Origin: a virus
Taxonomy: Duplodnaviria; Caudoviricetes
Virus record (IMG/VR): IMGVR_UViG_2524614578_000001
Location: 9,107 to 73,106 of that record
Reading direction: 5' to 3' (one strand)
Length of the DNA: 64,000 bases
Shown here: piece by piece, positions 26,845 through 36,779 of the stretch
How the letters are laid out: the number at the start of each line of letters is the position of its first letter
Numbering within the stretch: the first letter of the stretch is position 1
The notes under the pieces: generated by a model
Told to the model about the DNA's origin: nothing
Seen by the model: the letters and a program-made list of their open reading frames with translations, nothing else
Database searches by the model: none
Position numbers and translations under genes: made by a program

Positions 26845-27089
26845 GCCGCACAACGTACGCCGTCGAATCCCTCGTGCCGTCATGGCTGCTGCACGACACC
26901 GGCTACCGGCAGGCCCTCACCCAGTACCTGACGGATCGCATGGCCGCGCAGGGTGACCAGCCTGACGGGCCCGTGCGCATCCGGCAGGCCGACGACTCGG
27001 CGCCGCCGCCAGTCGGGATGATCCTGCTGCGTGCCACCGCGGAGACCGAGGACTTCGACGTGGAGGTGCCCGCCGGGGACGGGGTGTGA
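26841..27089 (+). CDS. Hypothetical protein
   Basis: Coupled between terS and terL. Confidence 0.6.
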   Translation: MSRTTYAVESLVPSWLLHDTGYRQALTQYLTDRMAAQGDQPDGPVRIRQADDSAPPPVGMILLRATAETEDFDVEVPAGDGV

Positions 27090-27093
27090 ACCG

Positions 27094-28641
27094 GTGACCA
27101 CCGCGGTACGCCCGGCCCCCTACCTGGACGGGTTGGACGCTGAGACGTTCGACCTCAACGCCTACCTCGCCGGCTTCGATCAGCGGCTCCTTGCCGAGTC
27201 GGAAGGGCGGCACATCCTCACCCGCCTCGATCCGCTGCTGTTCAGCCTTCTCTACCTCCGGCACCACCTCAAGGATTCCGACGGGCACATCACCTTCTCC
27301 GATGCCCACTTGGACTGGTGCCGGGCCGCCCGCGACTGGGTCAAGCCGGTGATCGCGCCCGGTGTCGAGCGGGACGCCTGGGTCGCTCCGCGGAACACCG
27401 GCAAGAGCACGTGGTGGTTCCTCATCCTCGTGCTGTGGGCTGCGGCTCACGGCCATGTGAAGTTCGTGGCTGCGTTCGCCAGTTCGGCGACACAGGCGGA
27501 GACGCACCTCGGCACGTTCAAGCGGGAGATCGACACCAACCCGGTGCTGCGGCGGGACTGGCCCGAGTTGTGCGCGCCGGCGAAGCGGCCGTCAGGGGCG
27601 AACGTTGGCGACACCCAGAACATCTACATCGCCCGCTCCGGCTTCGTGTTCGCCGCGAAGGGCATCGACTCCAGCTCCCTCGGCATGAAGGTCGGCGAGC
27701 AGCGACCCGACGTGATCCTCTTGGATGACGTCGAGCCGGACGAGTCGAGCTACAGCATCGACCTGGCGCGCAAGCGGCTCACCACGCTGCTCGACTCGAT
27801 CCTGCCGCTTAACGTGTACGCGAGGGTGGTGCTGTCCGGGACGGTGACGATGCCGGGCAGCATCGTGCACCAACTGGTGAAGCATGGCCGCGGCGTTGAG
27901 ACCGCGGACTGGGTGCGTGAGGAGTCGTTCCGGGCGCACTACTCGGCGCCGATCGTGAAGCGCGACGACGGGACGGAGCGCAGCCTGTGGCCGGCGAAGT
28001 GGCCGCTCGCCTACCTCAAGTCGATCGAGCACACCAGGTCGTTCGCGAAGAACTACGCCAACGACCCGATGGGCGCCGACGGCGACCTGTGGACCCCCGA
28101 CGTGTACCGGTATCCGGGCCCCGAGGGGCCGGACGGCATCACGCACATGATGCTCAGCATCGACCCGGCGACGACCGCGAAGAAGGGCAGCGACTTCACC
28201 GGTCTCGCGGTGGTGTCGTGGTCGGCGCAGCACAAGCGGTGCACCGTGTGGGACTCGACGGGGGTGAAGGTCCAGCCGGGCCCGCTGCTGCGGGAGCGGG
28301 TGTTGGCGATCCTCGACGAGCACCCGCAGATCGGCCTGGTGCTGGTGGAGATCAACCAGGGCGGCGACACGTGGCAGGCGATCCTCCACGACCTGCCGGT
28401 GCGGGTGAAGACGGTGACGCAGTCGGAGAACAAGTTCGTCCGCGCCGAGGGCGTGTTGCAGCTCTACCAGCGGGGTCGGGTTCTTCATGCCCGGAAGCTG
28501 CGGGAGTTGGAGGAGCAGCAGTGCGCGTTCCCGAAGGCGCCGCACGACGACCTTGTCGATGCCGTGGGTTCGGCGGTCCGTCGGTTCATCCCGACCGCCC
28601 CGCGCAAGGTTTCTAAGGTGACGAGTCAGACTTACCTTTGA
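27094..28641 (+). CDS. terL: Terminase large subunit
   Basis: APRNTGKST, ILLDDVE, SIDPA..SDFTG, HDDLVDA. Confidence 0.92.
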   Translation: MTTAVRPAPYLDGLDAETFDLNAYLAGFDQRLLAESEGRHILTRLDPLLFSLLYLRHHLKDSDGHITFSDAHLDWCRAARDWVKPVIAPGVERDAWVAPRNTGKSTWWFLILVLWAAAHGHVKFVAAFASSATQAETHLGTFKREIDTNPVLRRDWPELCAPAKRPSGANVGDTQNIYIARSGFVFAAKGIDSSSLGMKVGEQRPDVILLDDVEPDESSYSIDLARKRLTTLLDSILPLNVYARVVLSGTVTMPGSIVHQLVKHGRGVETADWVREESFRAHYSAPIVKRDDGTERSLWPAKWPLAYLKSIEHTRSFAKNYANDPMGADGDLWTPDVYRYPGPEGPDGITHMMLSIDPATTAKKGSDFTGLAVVSWSAQHKRCTVWDSTGVKVQPGPLLRERVLAILDEHPQIGLVLVEINQGGDTWQAILHDLPVRVKTVTQSENKFVRAEGVLQLYQRGRVLHARKLRELEEQQCAFPKAPHDDLVDAVGSAVRRFIPTAPRKVSKVTSQTYL

Positions 28642-28687
28642 TTTGAAGGTCAATCGCTATGATGGCCTTGACGAAAGGTGGGCGGCT

Positions 28688-30229
28688 GTGTCAGTAGAAG
28701 ACCTGATGGACGGCATCGCCGAACTCGACGACGCCCGGCCCGAGTATCGGCAAGCGCAACGCATGTACGACGGCACCGTCCCCGAGGTCTTCGCCTCCTC
28801 CCGCATTCGCGCCCGCCTCGACGCCGAAGGCGTCGACTTCCGCCTGAATTTTGCGAGGACCCCTGTCGATGCGGTGATCGACCGGCTGGAGATCGCCGCT
28901 ATCACCGCCGATGACGACGAGGCGAACCAGGCCATCACCGACGTGTGGAACGCGAACCAGCTCGACCTGGAAGCCCCCGACATCCACCGCAAGGCATGTT
29001 CGCTGGGCGACGCCTACGTCATCGCTCTGCCGATCGAAGACGACGACGGCACCGTGTCCGGCATCGAGATCCACTACAACTCGCCGCTCACCGTCCGTGC
29101 GATCTACTCCGCGGAGAACCCGCGCGAGGTCGACTACTACATCAAGCGCTGGTGCCAGCGCACATCACTCGGCGACGTGCAGCGCGCCGAGCTGTACTAC
29201 CTGGACGGCACCATCGAACGGTGGACCACGAAGGTCGGCTCGAAGGGCGAACAGGCGCAGGAGTGGGGCCACTGGCTCGCCGCGCCCGACGAAGGGGAGG
29301 CCGAGGACAAGGAGTCGTGGCGGTACGACACCGGCTGGGGCGAGCCGCCCGTCTTCCACTTCCGCACCGACCGGCCCTATGGGGCGCCGGAGCACCGCGG
29401 CGCGTACGGCCCGCAGAACGCGATCAACAAGCTCAGCGCAACCCACATGGGCACCGTCGACTACCAGGGCTTCCCGCAGCGTTGGGCACTGACCGAGGCC
29501 GCCACCACCGACACCGGCGACCTGGACCCCGGCGACTGGGACGACCTCGACGACAGCCCGGCCGATGAAGGCGACCCCTCCTCGTTGAAGGCCGGCCCCG
29601 GTGAACTGCTGACGCTGCGCGGCATCCGTGCAACGGGCCAGTACGAGGCGGCCAAGCCCGATATCTTCCTCGACCCGATCACCTTCTATATCCGGGCAAT
29701 GGCGCAGATCACCACCACTCCGGTCACGATGTTCGACGACCAGACCGGCCAGGAGATATCCGGCGAGAGCAGGCGCCAGAAGGACGCCCAGTTCGTCAAG
29801 AAGATCCGCAACCGACAGCTCAGCTTCGGCGGCACATGGCGCCACCTGTTCACCTTCGTCTTGAAGCGGCTCGGCTTCGAGGCCGCCGTCGTCGATGTGC
29901 GGTGGGCGCCCCCGGCCACCGTCGAGGACAAGACGGGCTGGGAGACCACGGCCCTCAAGATTGCGAACGGGGTGCCCCGTCGCCAGGCGCTGCTGGAGGC
30001 TGGCTATCGGGACGAGCAGGTCGACGAGTGGCTGTCCGACGTCGACGAGGCTGAACTCGCCCGCCGTGTCGCGGTGCTGGCCGCGCTCGCCGACTCTGCG
30101 CAGAAGCTATCCGCCGCTGCGGCGCTGGGAGTCGTCACCACCGACCAGGTGCAGAGCCTGCTGGGCGACGTGTTCGCCGACGTCGAGAACCTGGGCCCGG
30201 CCGGCGAGTTGGAGGCGTCGGATGCCTGA
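28688..30229 (+). CDS. Portal protein (SPP1 gp6-like)
   Basis: NFARTPVDAVIDRL, GDAYV, GFPQRW, SGES; position. Confidence 0.88.
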   Translation: MSVEDLMDGIAELDDARPEYRQAQRMYDGTVPEVFASSRIRARLDAEGVDFRLNFARTPVDAVIDRLEIAAITADDDEANQAITDVWNANQLDLEAPDIHRKACSLGDAYVIALPIEDDDGTVSGIEIHYNSPLTVRAIYSAENPREVDYYIKRWCQRTSLGDVQRAELYYLDGTIERWTTKVGSKGEQAQEWGHWLAAPDEGEAEDKESWRYDTGWGEPPVFHFRTDRPYGAPEHRGAYGPQNAINKLSATHMGTVDYQGFPQRWALTEAATTDTGDLDPGDWDDLDDSPADEGDPSSLKAGPGELLTLRGIRATGQYEAAKPDIFLDPITFYIRAMAQITTTPVTMFDDQTGQEISGESRRQKDAQFVKKIRNRQLSFGGTWRHLFTFVLKRLGFEAAVVDVRWAPPATVEDKTGWETTALKIANGVPRRQALLEAGYRDEQVDEWLSDVDEAELARRVAVLAALADSAQKLSAAAALGVVTTDQVQSLLGDVFADVENLGPAGELEASDA

Positions 30230-31232
30230 CCCGCAGCAGCTCGCCGAACTCGCACAGGGCGAGCACGTCGACGCTGTAGCTGCGCTGGAGCAGGCCACCA
30301 CAGAAGCCGCTGTCGGTCAGACCGACGGACAGTTCGTCGCGCTGATCGAGAAGACATTGGCCGCTTGGGCGGCGCTGACTGCGGGCGCCGGTGCGGCGAC
30401 AGTCTCTGCGGAGGCGCTGCGGCGCCTCCTGTCCGCTGTGCGGGCCGCTGTGCGCCGCATCCTCACCCCACTGGGTCCGCGTGCCCAACGCGCCCTGAAC
30501 GGCGCTCTCGTAGACGCTGTGCGCCTCGGCGGGGACCAGCAGGCCGAGTTCTACCGCGAGGCCGCAGGGCGCCGCGCAGCCGCCCCCACGCCATCCGTGA
30601 CGCGAGCACTGCGGCAACTCGCCGACGGCATCGAGCAGACGGTCACCGACCGACGGGACCGGGCACTCGCCCTGCTGCACGTACGGCAGGCCCGCACCTG
30701 GGGCGACATCCTCACCGGCATCGGGGCGGCACGCTCCGCCGTCTCCGCCGTGCGTGCGCACGTCTCGTGGGTCATCGGGCAGGCCGTCAACGACGGCATC
30801 GCTGCCGGGATCGCCGCAGTCGGGGCCCGTCGCCTGTGGGTCGCCGAACGGGACGCCTGCACCGGCTGCCTCGCCTACGCCGGCACCGTCGTCGACGTTG
30901 GCGAGCCGTTCCCGGGCGGCCTCAACTTCGACCCCCGACAGCGCGACACCGACACGCCAGGCATCGACAGCCCGCCGCTGCACCCGCATTGCCGCTGCCG
31001 CTTGGTGGCGTGGCATGACCGGTGGGACCGCCAGGCGGACCCGCTGCCCGAAGTGCTGCGCGAGCAGGCGCTCGTGGCGGTAGCTGAAGGCGTCGGGCGA
31101 CCGACAGAGTCCCGTGCCGCCCGCGTACGTGCAGCCGCGGCGCTACTGGCGTCCGGCGTCCACCTGCCCCCGGCAGCCCGCCGGGCGGCTCAACAAGCGG
31201 CCCGCACGGGCCGCTTCCCGCAGACCGCGTAG
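30222..31232 (+). CDS. Minor head (MuF-like) protein
   Basis: DACTGC...PPLHPHCRC. Confidence 0.8.
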   Translation: MPDPQQLAELAQGEHVDAVAALEQATTEAAVGQTDGQFVALIEKTLAAWAALTAGAGAATVSAEALRRLLSAVRAAVRRILTPLGPRAQRALNGALVDAVRLGGDQQAEFYREAAGRRAAAPTPSVTRALRQLADGIEQTVTDRRDRALALLHVRQARTWGDILTGIGAARSAVSAVRAHVSWVIGQAVNDGIAAGIAAVGARRLWVAERDACTGCLAYAGTVVDVGEPFPGGLNFDPRQRDTDTPGIDSPPLHPHCRCRLVAWHDRWDRQADPLPEVLREQALVAVAEGVGRPTESRAARVRAAAALLASGVHLPPAARRAAQQAARTGRFPQTA

Positions 31233-31280
31233 CCCGCGACGGGCCACGCGCCACCCGCAACCCCGAGATGGGAGCACCCG

Positions 31281-32102
31281 ATGAACAACAACACCGACCT
31301 CACCGAACCGCAGCCCACCCCCCGCCGCACACTCAGCCTGCCGCCCGCCACCGTCCTCGGGTACGTGGGCGACCGCCCCGTCTACAACATCGCCGGTGGC
31401 GCCGACGACGACAGCGGCTTCGACGTCGACGACGGCCACAACAACGGCGAAGGGGGTGACGACGAGGGCGAGGACTCCGACTCCGGCTCCGAGAACGACG
31501 GAGACGGCGGCGACGGCAAGGCTGAGGCGGAGAAGCCCAAGCCGAAACCGCCCGCCACCAAGCCCAAGCCCGCAGCCAAGGACGACGACAGCGGCAGCAG
31601 CGGCGACGGCGCAGACGAGTACACACCCCCGTCCGCCGCCGAGTGGAAGCGCACCCAGGCCGCGCTGAAGAAGGCCAACGAGGACGGCAAGCGGCACCGG
31701 CTCCGCAACCGCGAGCTCGAAGAAGCCGCCCGCTCCACCGAGTCCGACGCGGAGAAGGCCGTCCGTGAGGCCCGCGAGGAAGGCGAAGCCCGCTTCCGGA
31801 AGCCGCTCGTACGCGCCGCCGCACGGGCCGCGCTCGCCCAAGCCGGCCTCAACGGCGACACCGACCGCGTCCTCAAGCTCGTCGACCTCGACGGCCTGTC
31901 CGTCGACGACGACGGCGACGTCATCGGCCTCGACGCTGAGGTGAACAAGCTGAAGGACGAGTACCCGGAGTTCTTCCAGGTGCCGGCGAAGCCGAAGCCC
32001 AAGGTGCGCCCGACGGCGGCAGACCGGCAGCCCGCCAAGGAGAAGCCGAAGTCTTCGGCGGAGCAGCACGCTCAGAAGATTCTCAACCGCTTCGCCAGTT
32101 GA
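31281..32102 (+). CDS. Capsid scaffolding protein
   Basis: Acidic N-terminus, coiled coil, LKDEYPEFF. Confidence 0.8.
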   Translation: MNNNTDLTEPQPTPRRTLSLPPATVLGYVGDRPVYNIAGGADDDSGFDVDDGHNNGEGGDDEGEDSDSGSENDGDGGDGKAEAEKPKPKPPATKPKPAAKDDDSGSSGDGADEYTPPSAAEWKRTQAALKKANEDGKRHRLRNRELEEAARSTESDAEKAVREAREEGEARFRKPLVRAAARAALAQAGLNGDTDRVLKLVDLDGLSVDDDGDVIGLDAEVNKLKDEYPEFFQVPAKPKPKVRPTAADRQPAKEKPKSSAEQHAQKILNRFAS

Positions 32103-32237
32103 CAGTCACAGGTATATTGAGCTTTAGACCTGCGATTCAGGGGATCTGAACCGCTCCGTGTCTTGCTTGCGAAGGCGCCCGTGATGGGGCCCGAGCCCAC
32201 CAGCTAGCCCCATCACCGCCCGCAGGAGGGCACCCTC

Positions 32238-33155
32238 ATGGCCCGCAACACGTACGAGAACTGGATCCCTGAAGAGGACGGCTCCGAGGTCATCACCCGG
32301 GTCGCCCAGATGTCCGCGGTTGAGGCGCTCGCCTCCCCGGAGCCGATGAACTCCAACAGCAAGAGCATTCCGCGGTCTGCGGGTGTCGGCGTGTCCGTCG
32401 TCGACAAGGGCGGGGCGTACTCCGAAGACGTCTCCACCAACGACGACATCACCCTGACGGCGAAGAAGCTGGGCAAGGCCATCCGCATCGCCGAGGAGGA
32501 CATCGACGACTCGCTCGCCGACATCCTCGCGACGAAGCAGAAGGACTGGGCGACCAGCTACGCGAAGCTGATCGACAACGCCACCCTCGCCGTCTCCGCG
32601 GCCCCCGGCGCTGGCGTGCCTTTTGCGTCGGTCTACTACCAGCTCACCCAGGCCGACTCCGGTCTCGGCTACGGCGCCAACGACAACGTCACCGTCGCGG
32701 CGTCCGGAGGCGCCACCTACGACAACCTGTCCGACGTGCTCGGCACGGTTGAGGGCGGCGACTACTTCGACCCGGGCCGCATGGTCGTCATCGCTCACCC
32801 GTCCTTCCGCGGCGTGCTGCGCAAGACGAAGGACGACCAGAACCAGCCCATCTTCGTACGTGGCCAGCAGGGTGACTCCGGCTCCCCGGACACCCTGTTC
32901 GACCTGCCCGTGCACTGGTCGCTGGGCGCGAAGGTGTCCGCGACGGCGACGGACGCCCCGACGGGCAAGCCGCTGCTGGTCGTCGTGAACGCCGACTTCC
33001 TGCGACTCGGCCGCCGGTCGGGCCCCGAGAGCATCTTCATCGACGGCCGTGACGGGCTGTCCGCCCTGACGGACGAGTCGATCCTGAAGATGCGCGCCCG
33101 CCGCGGATTCGCCCTCGGCCACCCGAAGGCCGCTGCCGTTCTGGTCGGCGCCTGA
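32238..33155 (+). CDS. Major capsid protein (HK97 fold)
   Basis: IPEE, LTAKKL, KDDQNQPIF, RARRGFALGHPKA. Confidence 0.9.
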   Translation: MARNTYENWIPEEDGSEVITRVAQMSAVEALASPEPMNSNSKSIPRSAGVGVSVVDKGGAYSEDVSTNDDITLTAKKLGKAIRIAEEDIDDSLADILATKQKDWATSYAKLIDNATLAVSAAPGAGVPFASVYYQLTQADSGLGYGANDNVTVAASGGATYDNLSDVLGTVEGGDYFDPGRMVVIAHPSFRGVLRKTKDDQNQPIFVRGQQGDSGSPDTLFDLPVHWSLGAKVSATATDAPTGKPLLVVVNADFLRLGRRSGPESIFIDGRDGLSALTDESILKMRARRGFALGHPKAAAVLVGA

Positions 33156-33544
33156 TGGCGACGACCCCCAAGAAGGCTGCCGAGAAGAAGCCGGAGGCGG
33201 AGGTCTCCCGACGTTCCGCCGACGGCTCCTCTGGCACACGCCACCTCAAGGTGTTCGTGGTCTCCGGCAGCTCCCCGCTGCCGGAGACGGACGGCCCGGA
33301 GCACGAGGACAACAAGGCCGCCTGCGCACAGGAGGCGATTCAGCGCGGCCTGCACCCGCGGGGCGAGCCGAAGCTTGACGGCGTCGAGGGCGGCGCCGAT
33401 GGCTCCCGCGAGTTCACCTACTCCGTGTCGGTCGTCCCGGCATCCATGGACGCTGAGGCGCCGAAGACGACCACGCCGCGGGACATCGTCATGGACGACG
33501 GCGCCCGCGCCCGCGAACTGTCCGGCAAGAAGGCGCAGGGCTGA
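33155..33544 (+). CDS. Head-associated hypothetical protein
   Basis: Coupled to the capsid gene. Confidence 0.65.
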   Translation: MATTPKKAAEKKPEAEVSRRSADGSSGTRHLKVFVVSGSSPLPETDGPEHEDNKAACAQEAIQRGLHPRGEPKLDGVEGGADGSREFTYSVSVVPASMDAEAPKTTTPRDIVMDDGARARELSGKKAQG

Positions 33545-33547
33545 CGC

Positions 33548-33997
33548 ATGGTCGACGCTTGGGCGAGCACAGGGCAGGTCACCGACATCACGACTGCCAC
33601 GGTGACCGAGACTCAGCTTGTCCAGGCGCAGGCGTCGGTCGAGATGTTCTCGAACCGGATCTACGCCGACAGTGACCGCATCCGCCCCCGCGATCTGTAC
33701 TGGCTGCGGCTTGCCGTGGCCTACCAGGCGGCGTGGGAGGCCGGGCAGTTCGACCTGAACACCAGGCTGGACACCACCAGCGCGCAGCAGGACGGGGCGG
33801 TGGCGACGCTCGGAGACCGGGCGGTGATCCTCGGCCCGCGCGCCAAGCAGGCGTTGCAGCGGTGCTCGTGGATGCGGTCCCGCAGCGTGCACATCCGCTC
33901 CGCGTTCGAGGCGGGCTCGGCGTACGGGCGGGACCCGCTCGTGGACTCGGAGGGCGACGAGCACCTGTGGCGGCCCATGTCCGGGGGTGGGTCGTGA
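33548..33997 (+). CDS. Head-to-tail adaptor
   Basis: Position; LRLAVAYQAAW. Confidence 0.65.
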   Translation: MVDAWASTGQVTDITTATVTETQLVQAQASVEMFSNRIYADSDRIRPRDLYWLRLAVAYQAAWEAGQFDLNTRLDTTSAQQDGAVATLGDRAVILGPRAKQALQRCSWMRSRSVHIRSAFEAGSAYGRDPLVDSEGDEHLWRPMSGGGS

Positions 33998-34347
33998 TCC
34001 TCGCAACGACCACCGTGTCCGTCCTCGGCGGCGACACCACGCGAGACGAGTTCGATGACGAAGTCGACGGCGCCACCGTGCTCGCCTCCGGCATTCCGGC
34101 CGCGCTCGCCGAAGCCGCCAAGCAGATCTCCGAACCGGTGTCCGGGACGCCGCGGATCGTGCGCACGCACATCTGCCGGATCCAGCCCGGACTCCTTCCC
34201 GAGGGCCTCGTCATCGACGAGTCCCGCCGGATCCAAGACGAGCGGGCGAACGAGACGTACATCGTCACCGCCGCCAGTAAGAACGCCAACCCGGTCATGG
34301 CGCAGCCCCTGCGCTTCGACCTCAAACGCACAGGACCAGCCGCCTGA
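33994..34347 (+). CDS. Head-to-tail stopper
   Basis: Position; beta-rich, DEFDD motif. Confidence 0.6.
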   Translation: MILATTTVSVLGGDTTRDEFDDEVDGATVLASGIPAALAEAAKQISEPVSGTPRIVRTHICRIQPGLLPEGLVIDESRRIQDERANETYIVTAASKNANPVMAQPLRFDLKRTGPAA

Positions 34348-34449
34348 CGGCTGCGATATAGCACCACCGCCCGACCGGCATCCCGGCCCGTAAACGGCCA
34401 GCCGCCAGGGCGAACAGCAGGCCCGCCGACGTAGAGGAGGTGCAGGGCG

Positions 34450-34824
34450 ATGACAGTGACGTTCACGATGCGCGTGAACCCCGGCTGGCAACGCAACCTG
34501 CACGCCGAGGTCGAGCGGTACATGGAGCGGCTCGCGACGGTCATCCAGGCCGACGCCCAGCGCATGGCGCCCGTAGCAACTGGCCGCCTTCGCGGCTCGA
34601 TCTACAAGGAAGCCTCGGGACTGACGGCCCGCGTCGGCGTCCGCGGCGTCAACTACTGGATGGCGCAGGAGTACGGCGCCGGGCCGCACATCATCCGGCC
34701 CGTGAACAAGAAGGCGTTGGCCTGGCCCGGCGGCCGGCATCCGGTCGCCGTCGTCAACCACCCCGGCAACCCGGCTCGCCCGTTCCTTCGGCCCGCCCTC
34801 TACACCCGTCGGGGGGCGCTGTGA
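34450..34824 (+). CDS. HK97 gp10-like neck protein
   Basis: APVATGRLRGSI, EYG, ARPFLRPAL. Confidence 0.85.
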   Translation: MTVTFTMRVNPGWQRNLHAEVERYMERLATVIQADAQRMAPVATGRLRGSIYKEASGLTARVGVRGVNYWMAQEYGAGPHIIRPVNKKALAWPGGRHPVAVVNHPGNPARPFLRPALYTRRGAL

Positions 34825-35288
34825 CGACCGTCGTGAAGCGCGCCAACACCGAACTCGTAGCCGTCGCTTGGCTGCGCTCGCTGGACGGAATCGAGCCAGG
34901 GCAGGTCGCCACGACCCTCCCGTCGAAGACTGCGGACTGGGCGGAGAACGGGTTCCTCCAGGTGACCCCCGGCATCGGCGGCAGCATGCAGTTGCACTAC
35001 GCGCTGCGGGAGCCCGTCGTGCAGGTTGAGGCGTACGCCGCCCGCCTGGACTCCGGCAAGCCGCCGTGGAATGTGGCCGCTTCGCTGATGGAGGCCGTCG
35101 TCGCCGGCACGTACGACGAGGCGAACTTGCAGCGCACCCTCACCCTGCCCGGCGCCTTCCCCGCAGCCCGCGTGCTGACCGCCCACTTTGTGTCGGAGCC
35201 GCGGCGGATGCCTGACGACGTCGCCTCATACGCCCGCTACGTGGCGGACCTCGCCCTCCACTGGATCTCTCTTGAAGGAGCGTCATGA
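34821..35288 (+). CDS. Tail terminator
   Basis: Position; PVVQVEAYA. Confidence 0.65.
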   Translation: MTTVVKRANTELVAVAWLRSLDGIEPGQVATTLPSKTADWAENGFLQVTPGIGGSMQLHYALREPVVQVEAYAARLDSGKPPWNVAASLMEAVVAGTYDEANLQRTLTLPGAFPAARVLTAHFVSEPRRMPDDVASYARYVADLALHWISLEGAS

Positions 35289-35485
35289 CCCACCGCGTCC
35301 GCACCACGATGCAGCCCGACCGAGAGATCGAGCTGAGCGACGCCGACTACGCATCCCTGAAGGCGCAGGGACTCCTCATCGAGGAGGACCGCAAGAAGGC
35401 CGCCCCTGAAGAACTGTCCACTCCTGCCGCCGCACCGGCCCCGTCTCCCTCCAACGGCAAGCGCAGTAGCGACAAGGAGTCCTGA
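35285..35485 (+). CDS. Small hypothetical protein
   Basis: Coupled ORF. Confidence 0.6.
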   Translation: MTHRVRTTMQPDREIELSDADYASLKAQGLLIEEDRKKAAPEELSTPAAAPAPSPSNGKRSSDKES

Positions 35486-35486
35486 C

Positions 35487-36047
35487 ATGCCGGTGAACAC
35501 CAACAACCTGATCATGGGTCCGGCGACCCTCTACATCGCGGACTTCGGGACTGCCGAGCCGGCAGACACCGCGGTCAACGACACCCCGGCCGCGTCGGCT
35601 TGGACCGACCTGGGCGGCACGCAGGACGGCGTGAAGCTGACGGTCGACCAGACCTACAGCAATCTGGAGGTCGACCAGATCGTCGACGTCCCTGGCGCGC
35701 GACTGACCAGCCGCATGTTCACCATCGAGACGAACCTCGCCGAACCGACGCTGGCCAACCTCAAGTACCTGCTGAACGACGGCACGAGCGCAAGCGGCTC
35801 CGGCTTCGACTCCTTCGAGCCGGTGTACGCGGACTCCGCGACGCAGCCCACCTACCGCTGCATCCTCCTGGACGGCTGGGGCGAGAACCAGATGCGCCGC
35901 CGGATCATCATCCGCAAGTGCCTCAGCAACGACAAGGTCGAGTCCACCTACAAGAAGGACTCGCAGACGCTCTACACCGTCAAGTGGGGCGGCTTCTACG
36001 TGGCCGCGAACATCGCGCCCTTCAAGATGATCAACGCCAAGAGCTGA
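35487..36047 (+). CDS. Major tail tube protein
   Basis: GPATLYIA, WTDLGGTQDGV; ends in Ser. Confidence 0.85.
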   Translation: MPVNTNNLIMGPATLYIADFGTAEPADTAVNDTPAASAWTDLGGTQDGVKLTVDQTYSNLEVDQIVDVPGARLTSRMFTIETNLAEPTLANLKYLLNDGTSASGSGFDSFEPVYADSATQPTYRCILLDGWGENQMRRRIIIRKCLSNDKVESTYKKDSQTLYTVKWGGFYVAANIAPFKMINAKS

Positions 36048-36060
36048 ACGGACACCACCC

Positions 36061-36498
36061 ATGGCTACCTCAACCCGCACACGCAAGCCCGCCACCAAGC
36101 CGGCCGAGGACGCCGGGACCGAACAGGCCCCGGCCGTCCCCGACTTCACCACCAGCACCCCCAAGCCGAAGAAAGACGAACGCAAGCCGCTGTTCTCCAT
36201 CGACGGCGAAACGTTCACCGTGCCCAAGGTCATCGGCCAGCGCATCACCTACCTCGGCCTGGAACGCATGCGGAAGGACGGCGCCCTCCTGTCGTCCATG
36301 TACCTGATGGAACTCCTCCTTGGCCCCGAACAGCACGCCAAGCTCATGTCGCTGTATGAGGCCGAGCGCATCACCGAGGAGCAGTTCGACCAGATCGCCG
36401 GCCTCATCTCGGACATCTTCTTCAAGCGCGCCAACGCCGTGGAGAACCCCGAAGAGGGAAAAGGCGAGGGCTCGGCCTCCACCTCGACCACCTCCTAG
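36061..36498 (+). CDS. Tail assembly chaperone (G)
   Basis: FSIDGETF; position before tape measure. Confidence 0.8.
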   Translation: MATSTRTRKPATKPAEDAGTEQAPAVPDFTTSTPKPKKDERKPLFSIDGETFTVPKVIGQRITYLGLERMRKDGALLSSMYLMELLLGPEQHAKLMSLYEAERITEEQFDQIAGLISDIFFKRANAVENPEEGKGEGSASTSTTS

Positions 36499-36776
36499 AC
36501 CAACTCACCGCCCACTCCTGGATCACGGACCACGCCGACGACATCGACTCCGACTGGCTCGCGATCTACGGCATCGACCTCGAAGAACAGGAGATCCCCG
36601 CCCGCCGCTTCCTCACCCGAACCGTCCGGCTCCCCGCCTACCAAGGCGCCATCGCTATCCGTGTGGCGGCCGAGCAGGAAGAGCAGGCACCCCAGCCCTC
36701 AGACGGCGGCGAAGAACTCACCGTCGAGCAGATGAACTTGATGGTCCCCGGCCTGATCGAAACCGTGGAGGTGTAG
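36456..36776 (+). CDS. Tail assembly chaperone GT extension via -1 frameshift
   Basis: Slippery G GGA AAA at 36456-36462; -1 frame open to TAG at 36776 (DIDSDWLAIYGIDL...RLPAYQGAI). Confidence 0.8.
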   Translation, partial: GKRRGLGLHLDHLLDQLTAHSWITDHADDIDSDWLAIYGIDLEEQEIPARRFLTRTVRLPAYQGAIAIRVAAEQEEQAPQPSDGGEELTVEQMNLMVPGLIETVEV

Positions 36777-36779
36777 TCG

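Noticed and set aside
32099-32118. TTGACA...TATATT as a canonical promoter
   Set aside because: Spacing is only 8 nt; the -10 may be real but this pair is not
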